Shown piece after piece: positions 46,918-56,664 of a stretch of 64,000 nucleotides of DNA. Source of the DNA: Halarcobacter sp. (GTDB taxonomy: Bacteria > Campylobacterota > Campylobacteria > Campylobacterales > Arcobacteraceae); contig OY781089.1 in the NCBI GenBank assembly GCA_963676565.1, positions 2,464,001 to 2,528,000 on the forward strand, given 5' to 3'. Numbering within the stretch: the stretch's first letter is position 1; the number at the start of each line of letters is the position of its first letter. The notes under the pieces were generated by a model. It did no database searches. It was not told the DNA's origin and was given only the letters and a program-made list of their open reading frames with translations. The translations under genes were made by a program, and so were the position numbers.

Positions 46918-47219
46918 GCGAAATACCTCTTCTCAATTAAATTTAATAAACCATTGATATCTTCAATATCATCAGTTTTAATCCAGGCATCAACTCCAAA
47001 GTTTTTGAAGGCATCAAAATCACCTTCATCATCAAGTAATGCAATAGAAGTAAATTTTTCAGAACAAGCTTCTGATTTATTCTCTTCAAAATCAAATATT
47101 GTGTTGATGTCTAATATTGCTATTTGTGCCTCACCAGTGCTTCCACTTTCAAAATGCTCTACATCATGCTTTGAATCTATTACAGATTCGTCAAATTCAC
47201 AAAAAGTTACAATTTTCAT
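46911..47219 (-). CDS. Hypothetical acidic protein, possibly a degenerate receiver (CheY-like) fold
   Basis: AGGAG RBS; alternating beta/alpha pattern with IAILD and FGVDAWIK. Confidence 0.65.
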   Translation of the reverse strand: MKIVTFCEFDESVIDSKHDVEHFESGSTGEAQIAILDINTIFDFEENKSEACSEKFTSIALLDDEGDFDAFKNFGVDAWIKTDDIEDINGLLNLIEKRYFAS

Positions 47220-47290
47220 ATACGACTCCTAAAGAAGGTTTTATAAATTCTATCCAAAAAAAAATAATAATAAATTGAAAATTAGATTTT

Positions 47291-48619
47291 TTAAAGAATA
47301 TATCTCGCTGTATCCTCATTTTCTACAATATCTTCAAGTTTTTCTTCCACAAGCTTTTTTGTGATAATAACTTTTTCTCCTGACCTTTCATCAGCTTCAT
47401 AAGAGATATCTTCAATAACCTTTTCAATAACTGTATGAAGTCTTCTTGCTCCAATATCTTCAGTCTTTTCATTAGCACTTACTGAGTATTTGGCAAAGGC
47501 TCTAATAGCTTCATCATCAAACTCTAATTCAACTTTTTCTACTTCTAAAAGTGCCTGATATTGTCTTAAAAGTGAATTTTTTGTATTAGTTAATATTTTA
47601 TATAAAGCTTCTTCATCAAGATTTTCCAATTCTACTCTCAAAGGAAATCTTCCTTGTAACTCAGGAAGTAAATCACTTGGCTTACTAACATGAAAAGCCC
47701 CTGCAGCAATAAATAAAATATGATCAGTTTTAACTTGACCAAATTTCGTATGAACCGAACTTCCTTCTACAATTGGAAGTAAATCTCTTTGAACACCCTC
47801 TTTACTTGGATCTTGATTTTGAGACTTTGTTCCTGTAGCAATTTTATCAATCTCGTCTAAGAAAATTATACCACCATTTTCAGCTCTTTTAACTGCTTCT
47901 ATTTTAATAGCCTCATGGTCAAGTAGAGAATCACTAGCTACATCTTTTAACAATACTCTTGCGTCTTTTATTGTAACTTCTTTTTTGATTTTTTCTTTAT
48001 TTAAACCACCAAGCATCTTACTAAGACTTTCTTGCATAGAGCTCATATCCATTGGCATTGATGAATCAATTATTTCAACATGGGTCTTTTTAGGAACCTC
48101 TATTTCAATTTTTCTTTCATCAAGTTCACCACTTACAAGTTTCTCTTCCATTTTATTGTAAGTTTTAATAAATGATTCCCTTGCAGCATCACTTGCACTT
48201 TCAGGAAGTGGTGGTACAAGTTTTTCAATTATTTGTTTGTTTACTTCATCATCAATTTTATCTTTAATTTTATCTTCAAATTCACGAGTAACTAAATTAA
48301 TTGATTCATAAACCAAATCTCTAATCATAGATTCAACATCTCGACCAACAAATCCAACTTCAGTATATTTTGAAGCTTCAACTTTAATAAATGGTAATCC
48401 CATCATTTTTGCAAGTCGTCTTGCTATTTCTGTTTTACCAACCCCTGTGCTTCCAATCATCAAAATATTTTTTGGCATTATCTCTTCACGTAAGATTGGC
48501 TCAACATTCATTCTTCTATATCTATTTCTCAAAGCTAGGGCAATAGTTTTTTTAGCATTATCTTGCCCAATTACATAATCATCTAAATATTTTACAATTT
48601 GCTTTGGTGTCATTTCCAT
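47291..48619 (-). CDS. hslU: ATP-dependent protease ATPase subunit HslU
   Basis: MTPKQIV..LD, PKNILMIGSTGVGKTEIARR, FLDEIDK, GVQRDLLP, ELQGRFP, IGARRL. Confidence 0.97.
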   Translation of the reverse strand: MEMTPKQIVKYLDDYVIGQDNAKKTIALALRNRYRRMNVEPILREEIMPKNILMIGSTGVGKTEIARRLAKMMGLPFIKVEASKYTEVGFVGRDVESMIRDLVYESINLVTREFEDKIKDKIDDEVNKQIIEKLVPPLPESASDAARESFIKTYNKMEEKLVSGELDERKIEIEVPKKTHVEIIDSSMPMDMSSMQESLSKMLGGLNKEKIKKEVTIKDARVLLKDVASDSLLDHEAIKIEAVKRAENGGIIFLDEIDKIATGTKSQNQDPSKEGVQRDLLPIVEGSSVHTKFGQVKTDHILFIAAGAFHVSKPSDLLPELQGRFPLRVELENLDEEALYKILTNTKNSLLRQYQALLEVEKVELEFDDEAIRAFAKYSVSANEKTEDIGARRLHTVIEKVIEDISYEADERSGEKVIITKKLVEEKLEDIVENEDTARYIL

Positions 48620-48625
48620 TTAATA

Positions 48626-49162
48626 TTAATCCTCTATCTCTAAAATCTTTATATTTTGATTTGTATATATACAAAGTTCACCTGCTATCATTAGTGACTC
48701 CTTTACTAAATCAACTGGTTTTAAATCTGAATGTTTTGCAAGTGCTCTTGCTGCACTAATAGCAAAGTTTCCTCCACTACCAATTGAAGCTATACTTCCA
48801 TCTTCAGGTTCAACAACATCACCAGTACCACTTAATATAAAAATATGTTCTTTATTTAAAACAATCATCATAGCTTCAAGTCGTCTAAGAACTTTATCTT
48901 TTCTCCACTCTTTTGAAAAAGCAACTACTGCTTTTAATAAATCACCCTTAGATGTTTCTAAGTGACCTTCAAACATATCAAATAGATTAAAAGCATCAGC
49001 AGTACTTCCAGCAAAACCAGCTAGAATCTGATCTTTATAAAGTCTTCTAATTTTTGTAGCATTTCCTTTTAAAACTGCATTACCAAAAGTAACTTGACCA
49101 TCACCGCCAATTACAGCTTGTCCTTGACCTTTGTAAGCAAGTATGGTTGTAGCTTCAAACAT
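48626..49162 (-). CDS. hslV: ATP-dependent protease subunit HslV
   Basis: [29 protein letters not shown]. Confidence 0.97.
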   Translation of the reverse strand: MFEATTILAYKGQGQAVIGGDGQVTFGNAVLKGNATKIRRLYKDQILAGFAGSTADAFNLFDMFEGHLETSKGDLLKAVVAFSKEWRKDKVLRRLEAMMIVLNKEHIFILSGTGDVVEPEDGSIASIGSGGNFAISAARALAKHSDLKPVDLVKESLMIAGELCIYTNQNIKILEIED

Positions 49163-49612
49163 CTATTCAACTCCAATAATATCAACTTTTAAACTTGCAT
49201 GAATTGCATGACCTAATTTACAATCAACTGTAAAAACACCTGTAGCTTTAATTTTTTTATCTAAAGTGATAGCTTTTTTATCAATAACAATTCCAAAATC
49301 TGCTTCTAAAGCTTCACTAATCTCTTTATTTGTAACTGAACCAATTAAGTGACCATTTGCACCAACTTTGTGTTTAATAGTTAATTTTGTTGATTCTAAT
49401 TTTTCTGCAAGTTCTTTTGCATCTGCAATTTCTTGTGCTTCAGCAGCAGCTTTTATTTTTTGTTCTTCTTCAAAATTTGCAATAACTTCATCAGTAGCAT
49501 GTAAAGCAAAACCTTTTGCAATTAAAAAGTTTTTCCCATATCCATCTTTCACATCTTTAATGTCACCGGCTTTACCAGTTCCTTTTACATCTTTTATTAA
49601 TAATACCTTCAT
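49163..49612 (-). CDS. rplI: 50S ribosomal protein L9
   Basis: MKVLL.KDV...GK.G....VKDGYG.NFL; GSVT.KEI. Confidence 0.96.
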   Translation of the reverse strand: MKVLLIKDVKGTGKAGDIKDVKDGYGKNFLIAKGFALHATDEVIANFEEEQKIKAAAEAQEIADAKELAEKLESTKLTIKHKVGANGHLIGSVTNKEISEALEADFGIVIDKKAITLDKKIKATGVFTVDCKLGHAIHASLKVDIIGVE

Positions 49613-49750
49613 AATTTCTCCAATTCTTTTTTAAAAAGTTGAATATTCTACAATAAGTTGTTTGAATTGAGTATTAAGATTGAAATTAAGATTTTAAGAC
49701 TTAAGAGTATAGTTTTCAAGCTTCTAAGAATTTAAGAAGCTTAAAAATTT

Positions 49751-50572
49751 TTAATTATTTGTTTTTATTGAAGTTACAGTTTCAGCACACCCTTGTTTAT
49801 AGTATCTATCATCAGATGCTTTTGTTACAACTACTTCTTGCTTTAGTTTTTTATTTTCCATTGTCATAGTAAGTGGTAATTTTTCATTCATCTCTTTTGC
49901 TAAATTAATATCTTTTTTAGTAAAAACATCAATAGGTGAGCATTCATTTTTTACCTGAGGACAATTAACTTCATAATAAGACCCATCTTTTGCTTTTTGG
50001 ACAAACACTTTTTTTGCATTTAATTTAGCATCTAAAACATTACCATTTTTTGAAGCTAATGAGTAACAAGCCTCTGCCATATCTTTAATTCCAAAAACCT
50101 TTGCTTTACCTTGAAATAAATATTGTAATCTTACAAGATTGTCTGCTTGATCGGTACCTGTTCTACAATAACTATAAATTGCACCAATAGTACTACTATG
50201 TAGATTTTTATTATTAAAAGCAACATTCCAACCTCTAAGATTTGGTTTTAAAGCACCTTGTAAATATAAACCATCTTGCTCTGCTTTTGTTCTTGAATCA
50301 ACAACTACAACTTTTTTGCCATCAATTCTTGCACCATTTAATGCAGATTCAACCTCTTTTGTACTTGCATAATAACCCAGTTTTTTTATTAAAGATTTAA
50401 TATCTTTATTTGTACTAGAATAACCTTTGTTCTCCTCTAAAACACCAAATTTTTTAATAAACTTACCAAACTCAGTGTTATCTACATCATGATTAAAAAC
50501 ATTCCCATGTTTACCCTCTGTTGCAAATAAACTTAGACCTAAAAAAAACGAAACACAAACTATCTTTTTCAT
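49751..50572 (-). CDS. Exported rhodanese-like domain protein
   Basis: Signal peptide; VVVDSRT.AE....L.GA resembles the rhodanese DVR..E...GHI.GA motif; YSYCRTG resembles the active-site loop. Confidence 0.6.
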   Translation of the reverse strand: MKKIVCVSFFLGLSLFATEGKHGNVFNHDVDNTEFGKFIKKFGVLEENKGYSSTNKDIKSLIKKLGYYASTKEVESALNGARIDGKKVVVVDSRTKAEQDGLYLQGALKPNLRGWNVAFNNKNLHSSTIGAIYSYCRTGTDQADNLVRLQYLFQGKAKVFGIKDMAEACYSLASKNGNVLDAKLNAKKVFVQKAKDGSYYEVNCPQVKNECSPIDVFTKKDINLAKEMNEKLPLTMTMENKKLKQEVVVTKASDDRYYKQGCAETVTSIKTNN

Positions 50573-50831
50573 CTACTCTTCCCCTTAATAAATTAATTTT
50601 TTATTATAATAACATATTTTTTTATCTTATTATGATTTTAAATTGAAAATCTTATAAATTTCGTATTTATAGTTATTTCTTTATATTATTTAATATATTT
50701 TGATAATTTTAAATTATAATTATTATTTCTAAATCTATCTAGAATCTATCAATAGTTCAAATGATAGATACAAGAGAAAATATAAAGTTATAAAAGCTTA
50801 TAATTATTAATCTATTCGAGGAGTTTTTGTA

Positions 50832-51254
50832 ATGATAGATATATTAAAAGCCAAACCAATACATATAAACAGTATTAAATCTCTTTTAAAACAATTAGGT
50901 TACGAAAGTGAAGAATCGCAATTAATATCAGCCTTATCTATGCAAGACCAAAATTCAGAAGTTTTTGTTGCAGTTGATAAATCAAAAGTTGTAGGTCTAA
51001 TGTCCCTTATTTATTTTCACTATTTCCCTATTCAAAAATCTCTTTGCCGTATTACAGCAATCGTAGTAGATGAAAACCTAAGAAATACAGGTATAGGAAA
51101 AAAACTTATTAATTTTGCTTTTAATCAAGCACAAAGTAAAGATTGTGCCCAGTTGGAAGTTACAACCTCTTTAGCTCGTACAGCAACTCAGGCATACTAT
51201 GAGCAACTAGGATTTACAAAAGTCTCATACAGGTATTATTTAAATATTGATTAA
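50832..51254 (+). CDS. GNAT family N-acetyltransferase
   Basis: QLGY, ITAIVVDE..R..GIGK.L, A.AYY..LGF. Confidence 0.88.
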   Translation: MIDILKAKPIHINSIKSLLKQLGYESEESQLISALSMQDQNSEVFVAVDKSKVVGLMSLIYFHYFPIQKSLCRITAIVVDENLRNTGIGKKLINFAFNQAQSKDCAQLEVTTSLARTATQAYYEQLGFTKVSYRYYLNID

Positions 51255-51264
51255 TATAAACTAT

Positions 51265-52236
51265 TTATTTTTGAAAAATAATTATCATAACTAAAGAAAA
51301 GATAATTTGAAATTTAAATACATAGCCAGCTAAAATAAAAGCATCCCAACCAGTTTCTTTAATAGCTTTAAATGAGATTTTAAGTCCAATTGCACTCATT
51401 GCAATTAATAAACAAATCTCTGAACTTTCAGAGATAAAAGTAGTTAGCCCTTGAGGTAAGATTGAAGTTGAAGCAAGAATTGAGAAAAAGATAAAGCCTA
51501 TAACAAATATTGGTATTTGAAAACCTCTTTTTTGATTATTACCATTTGCATTATTTTTTGCAACTGTGTAAACCAGCCATAAAATTAAAGGGCTTAATAG
51601 TAATATTCTTCCCATTTTTACAATAGTGGCACTTTGTCCAACTGTTTCATTTACTCCAAAACCTGCTGCGATTGCATGACCAACAGATTGTAAGGTGTTA
51701 CCTAATAAAATTCCTATTTGAACGTCGCTTAATCCTAACAAAACCCCAATAATAGGTAGAACAAATAAACCAACAGTACCTAATAAGTTAACAATAGCTA
51801 TAGCTAATGCAGATTTTTCTTTATCAAGTTTAACAATATCTTTTGTTGCAGCTATTGCTGCACTTCCGCAAACAGCATTACCAATACCTAAAATTAAAGC
51901 AAATTTACTATCAAAATTTTGTTTCTTTGCCAGAAAGTTTGTAAAAACTATAGTTGCTATTAATGAGATTACTATTAATAAAATTGTTTCAAATCCAAGT
52001 TCCTCTAAAACATTAAAATCTAAATTTATTCCTAATAAAGAGATAGCAAGAGCTAAGATTGTTTTTTCACTAAAAGTTATTCCTGAATTAAACTTTGAAG
52101 GTAATTTAATGATATTTCCAACTATGGCACCTAAAATAATTGCAATTGCAACAGAGCCTATTGGTATGTAAGAAGATAAAAGAAAGGCAAAAAATGCAAC
52201 TAAAATACTTAATAAAATTCCATATACTTTTTCCAT
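51265..52236 (-). CDS. YeiH family putative sulfate exporter
   Basis: AIILG, GNAVCGSAAIAA, VNLLGT, G.TLQSVGHA, KMGR, MSAIGL. Confidence 0.9.
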   Translation of the reverse strand: MEKVYGILLSILVAFFAFLLSSYIPIGSVAIAIILGAIVGNIIKLPSKFNSGITFSEKTILALAISLLGINLDFNVLEELGFETILLIVISLIATIVFTNFLAKKQNFDSKFALILGIGNAVCGSAAIAATKDIVKLDKEKSALAIAIVNLLGTVGLFVLPIIGVLLGLSDVQIGILLGNTLQSVGHAIAAGFGVNETVGQSATIVKMGRILLLSPLILWLVYTVAKNNANGNNQKRGFQIPIFVIGFIFFSILASTSILPQGLTTFISESSEICLLIAMSAIGLKISFKAIKETGWDAFILAGYVFKFQIIFSLVMIIIFQK

Positions 52237-52306
52237 AGGCGAATTATATAAAAAAATTTTATAATTAAAGCTTTTGGAATTAAAAGTTTTGCTTATACTT
52301 GACTAT

Positions 52307-52948
52307 TTAACCCCAGATTTGCATAGGAGGAGTATTAGCTACTGCTTTTAAAATATTTGCCCGTGAAACAATTCCTAGTAAATTATCATCTTGATCAACT
52401 ACAGGAATTGCAGTTAGAGAAAAATCAACCATAACCTTTGCAACCCTTCTAATATCAGTTATAGGATCACTAGTTATTACTTCCTTAAAATCAAAAGTTG
52501 ATAATTTCCTTTCCATAATATTTTGAGCAAACTCTAAATCAGCAACAAGTAAATCTAAAATAAACTCTTGTGTTACTAAACCAATAAGTTGATTATCATC
52601 TTTATTTAAAATAGGGATTTGTCTAAATTCATGCTCTTGCATCAATTCATAAGCTTCAAGAAGAGTATTCTCCTCATTTAAACTTATTACATCTCTGGTC
52701 ATTAAATCTTGTACATGGAAAATTGGCTCTTTTGTATCAATATTAGCCATTTTTTTGTAAACAGACTTAGCTTCTTCAATATTTTGATTTTCATAAAGTT
52801 TTTTCTTAGATTTTAAGCTATGATCTTTAGGTAGACCCTCTTCAGTATTGTTTCTAACTCTTGCAATGGAATCAACATTGGAAAGAGTATATAAATTATC
52901 TATTGTACTTCTAAAACTCAGTCCATTGTTGTTATAAATTGCAAACAT
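52307..52948 (-). CDS. CBS-domain pair protein
   Basis: V.DLMT..V...A..LM....RQIP...LIG.VT and M......IPVVD...LLGIVSR. Confidence 0.85.
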   Translation of the reverse strand: MFAIYNNNGLSFRSTIDNLYTLSNVDSIARVRNNTEEGLPKDHSLKSKKKLYENQNIEEAKSVYKKMANIDTKEPIFHVQDLMTRDVISLNEENTLLEAYELMQEHEFRQIPILNKDDNQLIGLVTQEFILDLLVADLEFAQNIMERKLSTFDFKEVITSDPITDIRRVAKVMVDFSLTAIPVVDQDDNLLGIVSRANILKAVANTPPMQIWG

Positions 52949-52972
52949 TTAACTACCTTTTTTATTAGAGTT

Positions 52973-53614
52973 TCAACTAGCTATGTCTAATGTGTTTGGC
53001 AAAGAATGTCTAATATTTCTTTTCTTAACATAATTGTTTAAACCAATATGATTATTATAACCTAATAGTTTAGCTATTTTTCTAACTGATAAACCAACTG
53101 CTAATAACTCTTCTATTTTATCCCTTTGTTTATCAAACTTAGATTTTTGAATTGTTCCCTTTGGCTTTCCTAAACTTTCACCTTTTAATTTTTTTGCAGT
53201 AAGAGCTTCTTTTGTTCTTAAACTCATTAAATCTTTTTCAAGGTTTACAGTCATTGATATAACACCAAGTATCATTTGTGTCAGCATATCTTTATCATCA
53301 ATTAAATCAAGATTTTGCCTAATAACAATAATTCTAATTTTATTTGAAAGTAAAAACTTAACTATTTCTAAAATTGTCTCGATAGTTCTGCCAAAAACAT
53401 TTAAATCATAAACAACAACAGTTGAAGAAGATTCACAATTTTTTAAAAAATCAAGAATATTTTTTTCATCATCTGGAGTATCTATAACTATTTCAATCTC
53501 TTTATTTATAGAAATATTGTTCTTAGAAATATATTCTTCTAAACCTTTTTTTTGATCTTTTGTATAACTCTCATTATTGTTGTTAACTCTAACATATGTG
53601 AAAACTTTAGACAT
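52973..53614 (-). CDS. Resolvase/serine-recombinase-family protein with C-terminal HTH, catalytic motifs degenerate
   Basis: YVRVN (for YxRVS), DLNVFGR (for DRLxR), E...S.RTKEAL..K.G..LGKP, HTH GLSVRKIAKLLG. Confidence 0.8.
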   Translation of the reverse strand: MSKVFTYVRVNNNNESYTKDQKKGLEEYISKNNISINKEIEIVIDTPDDEKNILDFLKNCESSSTVVVYDLNVFGRTIETILEIVKFLLSNKIRIIVIRQNLDLIDDKDMLTQMILGVISMTVNLEKDLMSLRTKEALTAKKLKGESLGKPKGTIQKSKFDKQRDKIEELLAVGLSVRKIAKLLGYNNHIGLNNYVKKRNIRHSLPNTLDIAS

Positions 53615-53837
53615 ATTAATTCCTTTACAAAATTTATAATTAAATATTAAAAATAAACAAATTGTTTAATTTTATATATTTAAAACTTATACAAAATGAT
53701 ATACTTTTATTTATTAAAACAAGCTTATAAAAAGCTTATTTAGATAATTTTCTTAATGATATTATTCATTCTTTTGAAAATAAAGTCTTTTTTGGCTAAT
53801 ATCTCCTTTTATTAGTACTTTATGAAGGTTTTTAAAA

Positions 53838-54392
53838 GTGAAATTAGTAATTGGAATAACAGGAGCAAGTGGCGCAAAACTTGCACTAAAATTTGTACAA
53901 AAACTGCCTTCAAGTGTTGAAGCGTTTGTAGTGGTATCAAAAAGTGCCCGAAAGGCTTTGAAACTGGAGCAGGACATCGATATAAAAGATGAGCTTTTAA
54001 AAAGAGAAAATACTCATATTTTTAAAGAACATCAAATTGAAGCATGTATCTCATCTGGATCTTTTAAAACTGACAAAATGATAATACTACCTTGTTCAAT
54101 GAATACCCTCGCAAAATGCGCTGTTGGTATTTCTGACAATCTAATAACTAGAGCTTTTACAGTAATGTTAAAGGAAAAAAGAGAGGTTGTTTTAGCACCA
54201 AGGGAGATGCCTTTATCTACTCTTGCTTTAGAAAATATGCATAAACTATCAACTCTTGGAGTGATTATCGCACCACCTGTATTAGCTTACTATTCAAAAC
54301 AAGATTCTATAGATCTTATGGAAGATTTTTTAATAGGAAAATGGTTTGATTTACTAAAAATTGAACATAATCTATATGAAAGATGGAAATAA
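53838..54392 (+). CDS. ubiX: Flavin prenyltransferase UbiX
   Basis: GITGASGA, SSGS, PCSMNTLAK, LKE.R..VLAPREMP. Confidence 0.95.
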   Translation: MKLVIGITGASGAKLALKFVQKLPSSVEAFVVVSKSARKALKLEQDIDIKDELLKRENTHIFKEHQIEACISSGSFKTDKMIILPCSMNTLAKCAVGISDNLITRAFTVMLKEKREVVLAPREMPLSTLALENMHKLSTLGVIIAPPVLAYYSKQDSIDLMEDFLIGKWFDLLKIEHNLYERWK

Positions 54393-54394
54393 AA

Positions 54395-54895
54395 ATGGGA
54401 AATTGCAAAAGAGAAATAAACGTAGAAGGAACTTATAAAAAGGCTATTTATAGTGGTACTTTTGATCCAATTACAAATGGTCATATGGATATTATTTGTA
54501 GAGCTTCAAACATTTTTGAAGAGGTGATCATTGCTGTTGCAAAGAGTGAAGCAAAAAACCCAATGTTTGACCATGAACAAAGGGTTGATTTTGTTAAAGC
54601 TGCAACAAATAAAATTAAAAATGTAAAAGTTGTAGGATTTGATACTTTACTTGTTGATTTAGCAACTGAACTAAAGATAAATACAATTGTTAGAGGGCTT
54701 AGAGCCGTTTCTGACTTTGAATATGAACTTCAGATGGGTTATGCAAATTCATCAATAAATAAAGATATTGAAACACTTTATTTGATGCCAAAGTTAGAAA
54801 ATGCATTTGTTTCATCGACAATCGTTAGAGAGGTTATTAAATTTAAAGGGAAATACCAACACTTGGTTCCAAAAGAGGTTCTAGAATGTATATAG
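54395..54895 (+). CDS. coaD: Pantetheine-phosphate adenylyltransferase
   Basis: YSGTFDPITNGH.D, RGLRAVSDFEYE, SS.IVRE; start 54395 or 54383. Confidence 0.95.
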   Translation: MGNCKREINVEGTYKKAIYSGTFDPITNGHMDIICRASNIFEEVIIAVAKSEAKNPMFDHEQRVDFVKAATNKIKNVKVVGFDTLLVDLATELKINTIVRGLRAVSDFEYELQMGYANSSINKDIETLYLMPKLENAFVSSTIVREVIKFKGKYQHLVPKEVLECI

Positions 54896-55452
54896 TAATT
54901 GAAGGTATAGACACAGCAGGTAAATCAACTCAACTTGATATACTAAAACAAAAGTTTCCCCAAGCTATTTTTACAAAAGAACCAGGGGGAACTACCATTG
55001 GTACAAAGCTTAGAGCTATGGCTTTAAATGGAGAAGCAAAAAGTAAAGTTGCGGAGATGTTCCTTTTTTTGGCTGATAGAGCTGAACATATTGAAGAGGT
55101 AATAAAACCAAATAAAGAAGGAATGGTTGTAAGTGATAGAAGTGTTATAAGTGGTATCTCTTATGCTTCTAACTTACCCCTTGAAGTTGTTACAAGTTTA
55201 AATCTTATAGCTACATCAAATATTCTTCCTAGCCACGTTATATTGTTAGAATTATCAAAGGATGAATTAACAAAAAGATTAAGTGGTAAAACAAATGATT
55301 CAATCGAATCAAGGGGTATTGATTATTTGATTGATATTCAAAATAGAATGAAGAAAACAGTAGAAATATTAAATTTAAATCATATTTTTATTGATGCAAG
55401 CCTTAGCATCGAAGAGATTTCAAAAAAGATAGAGGATTTTATTAATGGCTAA
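54886..55452 (+). CDS. tmk: Thymidylate kinase
   Basis: IEGIDTAGKST, KEPGG, LFLADRAEH, SDRS. Confidence 0.95.
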   Translation: MYIVIEGIDTAGKSTQLDILKQKFPQAIFTKEPGGTTIGTKLRAMALNGEAKSKVAEMFLFLADRAEHIEEVIKPNKEGMVVSDRSVISGISYASNLPLEVVTSLNLIATSNILPSHVILLELSKDELTKRLSGKTNDSIESRGIDYLIDIQNRMKKTVEILNLNHIFIDASLSIEEISKKIEDFING

Positions 55453-56662
55453 CATTCAAAGTTTAAGAGGAATGAATGATATATTAGGTGATGATAGTAA
55501 ACTATTTACCTATTTTGTTGAAAATGCATCAAGAATTGCTAAAAACTATGGATTTACATACTTAGAAACTCCAATTCTAGAAGAAACAGCATTATTTAAA
55601 AGAAGTGTTGGAGAGAGTTCAGATATTGTAAATAAAGAGATGTATCAATTTATTGACAAAGGTGAAAATGACGTTTGTTTAAGACCTGAAGGTACAGCAG
55701 GAGTTGTTAGAAGTTTTGTAGAAAACAAATTTGATAGAGCTGGTGGTACATATAGATGGTTTTATTATGGACCAATGTTTAGATATGAAAGACCCCAAAA
55801 AGGTAGATTAAGACAGTTCCATCAATTTGGAGCAGAAGTGTTTGGTCAAGCATCTGTTTATGAAGATGCTACAATTATAATGATGCTTAAAGATATTCTT
55901 GATTTCTTTGGAATTAAGTTTAAATTACAACTAAATTCATTAGGTTGTCCTACATGTATGCCTCCGTATAGAGAAAACCTAGTTAAGTATTTAACAGATA
56001 TTAAAGAAAACCTTTGTGAAGACTGTAATAAAAGGATTGAAACAAATCCTATCAGAGTTTTAGATTGTAAAAATGAAAACTGCCAAAAACTATTATACAA
56101 TGCCCCTAAAATCACTAACAATTTATGTGAAAAATGTGATAGTGACTTTATAAGTCTTAAAGAGGTATTAGACTATAACAATATTGAATATGAAGTTGAT
56201 ACAAATCTTGTTAGAGGGTTAGACTACTACTCTCAAACTGCATTCGAATTTACATCTTCAGAGATTGGTTCTCAAAGCGCAATAGCTGGTGGTGGAAGAT
56301 ATGATAGATTAGTTGAATTTTTAGGTGGAAGATCAACTCCTGGAATAGGATTTGCAATTGGTATAGAAAGACTTCTTGAATTGATTAAAATGAAAGAAGA
56401 AGATAGTAATACAATATATCTTGGGGCAATGACAGAAGAAGCTTTAAACCCTTTAACAAAAATTGCTTCTGAAAAAAGAAAAAATACTAAAACTATAATG
56501 GAATATACTCCAAGAAGTTTTGGGAAACATTTTAAAATTGCTCAAAAACAAGATGCTAATATAGTAGCTCTAATTGGTGAGAATGAATTAAAAGATGGAA
56601 CAATATTTATTAAAAATATAAAAACACAAGAAGAAAAAACAATTAAAATCGAGGATTTTTAA
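55445..56662 (+). CDS. hisS: Histidine--tRNA ligase
   Basis: RGMND, KEMY.F, LRPEGTA, FRYERPQKGR.RQFHQ, LVRGLDYY, GGGRYD, GFAIG.ER. Confidence 0.97.
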   Translation: MANIQSLRGMNDILGDDSKLFTYFVENASRIAKNYGFTYLETPILEETALFKRSVGESSDIVNKEMYQFIDKGENDVCLRPEGTAGVVRSFVENKFDRAGGTYRWFYYGPMFRYERPQKGRLRQFHQFGAEVFGQASVYEDATIIMMLKDILDFFGIKFKLQLNSLGCPTCMPPYRENLVKYLTDIKENLCEDCNKRIETNPIRVLDCKNENCQKLLYNAPKITNNLCEKCDSDFISLKEVLDYNNIEYEVDTNLVRGLDYYSQTAFEFTSSEIGSQSAIAGGGRYDRLVEFLGGRSTPGIGFAIGIERLLELIKMKEEDSNTIYLGAMTEEALNPLTKIASEKRKNTKTIMEYTPRSFGKHFKIAQKQDANIVALIGENELKDGTIFIKNIKTQEEKTIKIEDF

Positions 56663-56664
56663 CT

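Noticed and set aside
46879..47232. 117-aa plus-strand ORF
   Set aside because: Antisense shadow of the RBS-supported minus-strand gene and tatD
50700..50812. Fur/PerR-like boxes (TTATAATTATTATTT and similar)
   Set aside because: The region is extremely AT-rich, so such matches are expected by chance
52973..53837. Mobile element or invertible segment around the resolvase-like gene
   Set aside because: No transposase, terminal repeats, target duplication or cargo seen; catalytic Ser absent
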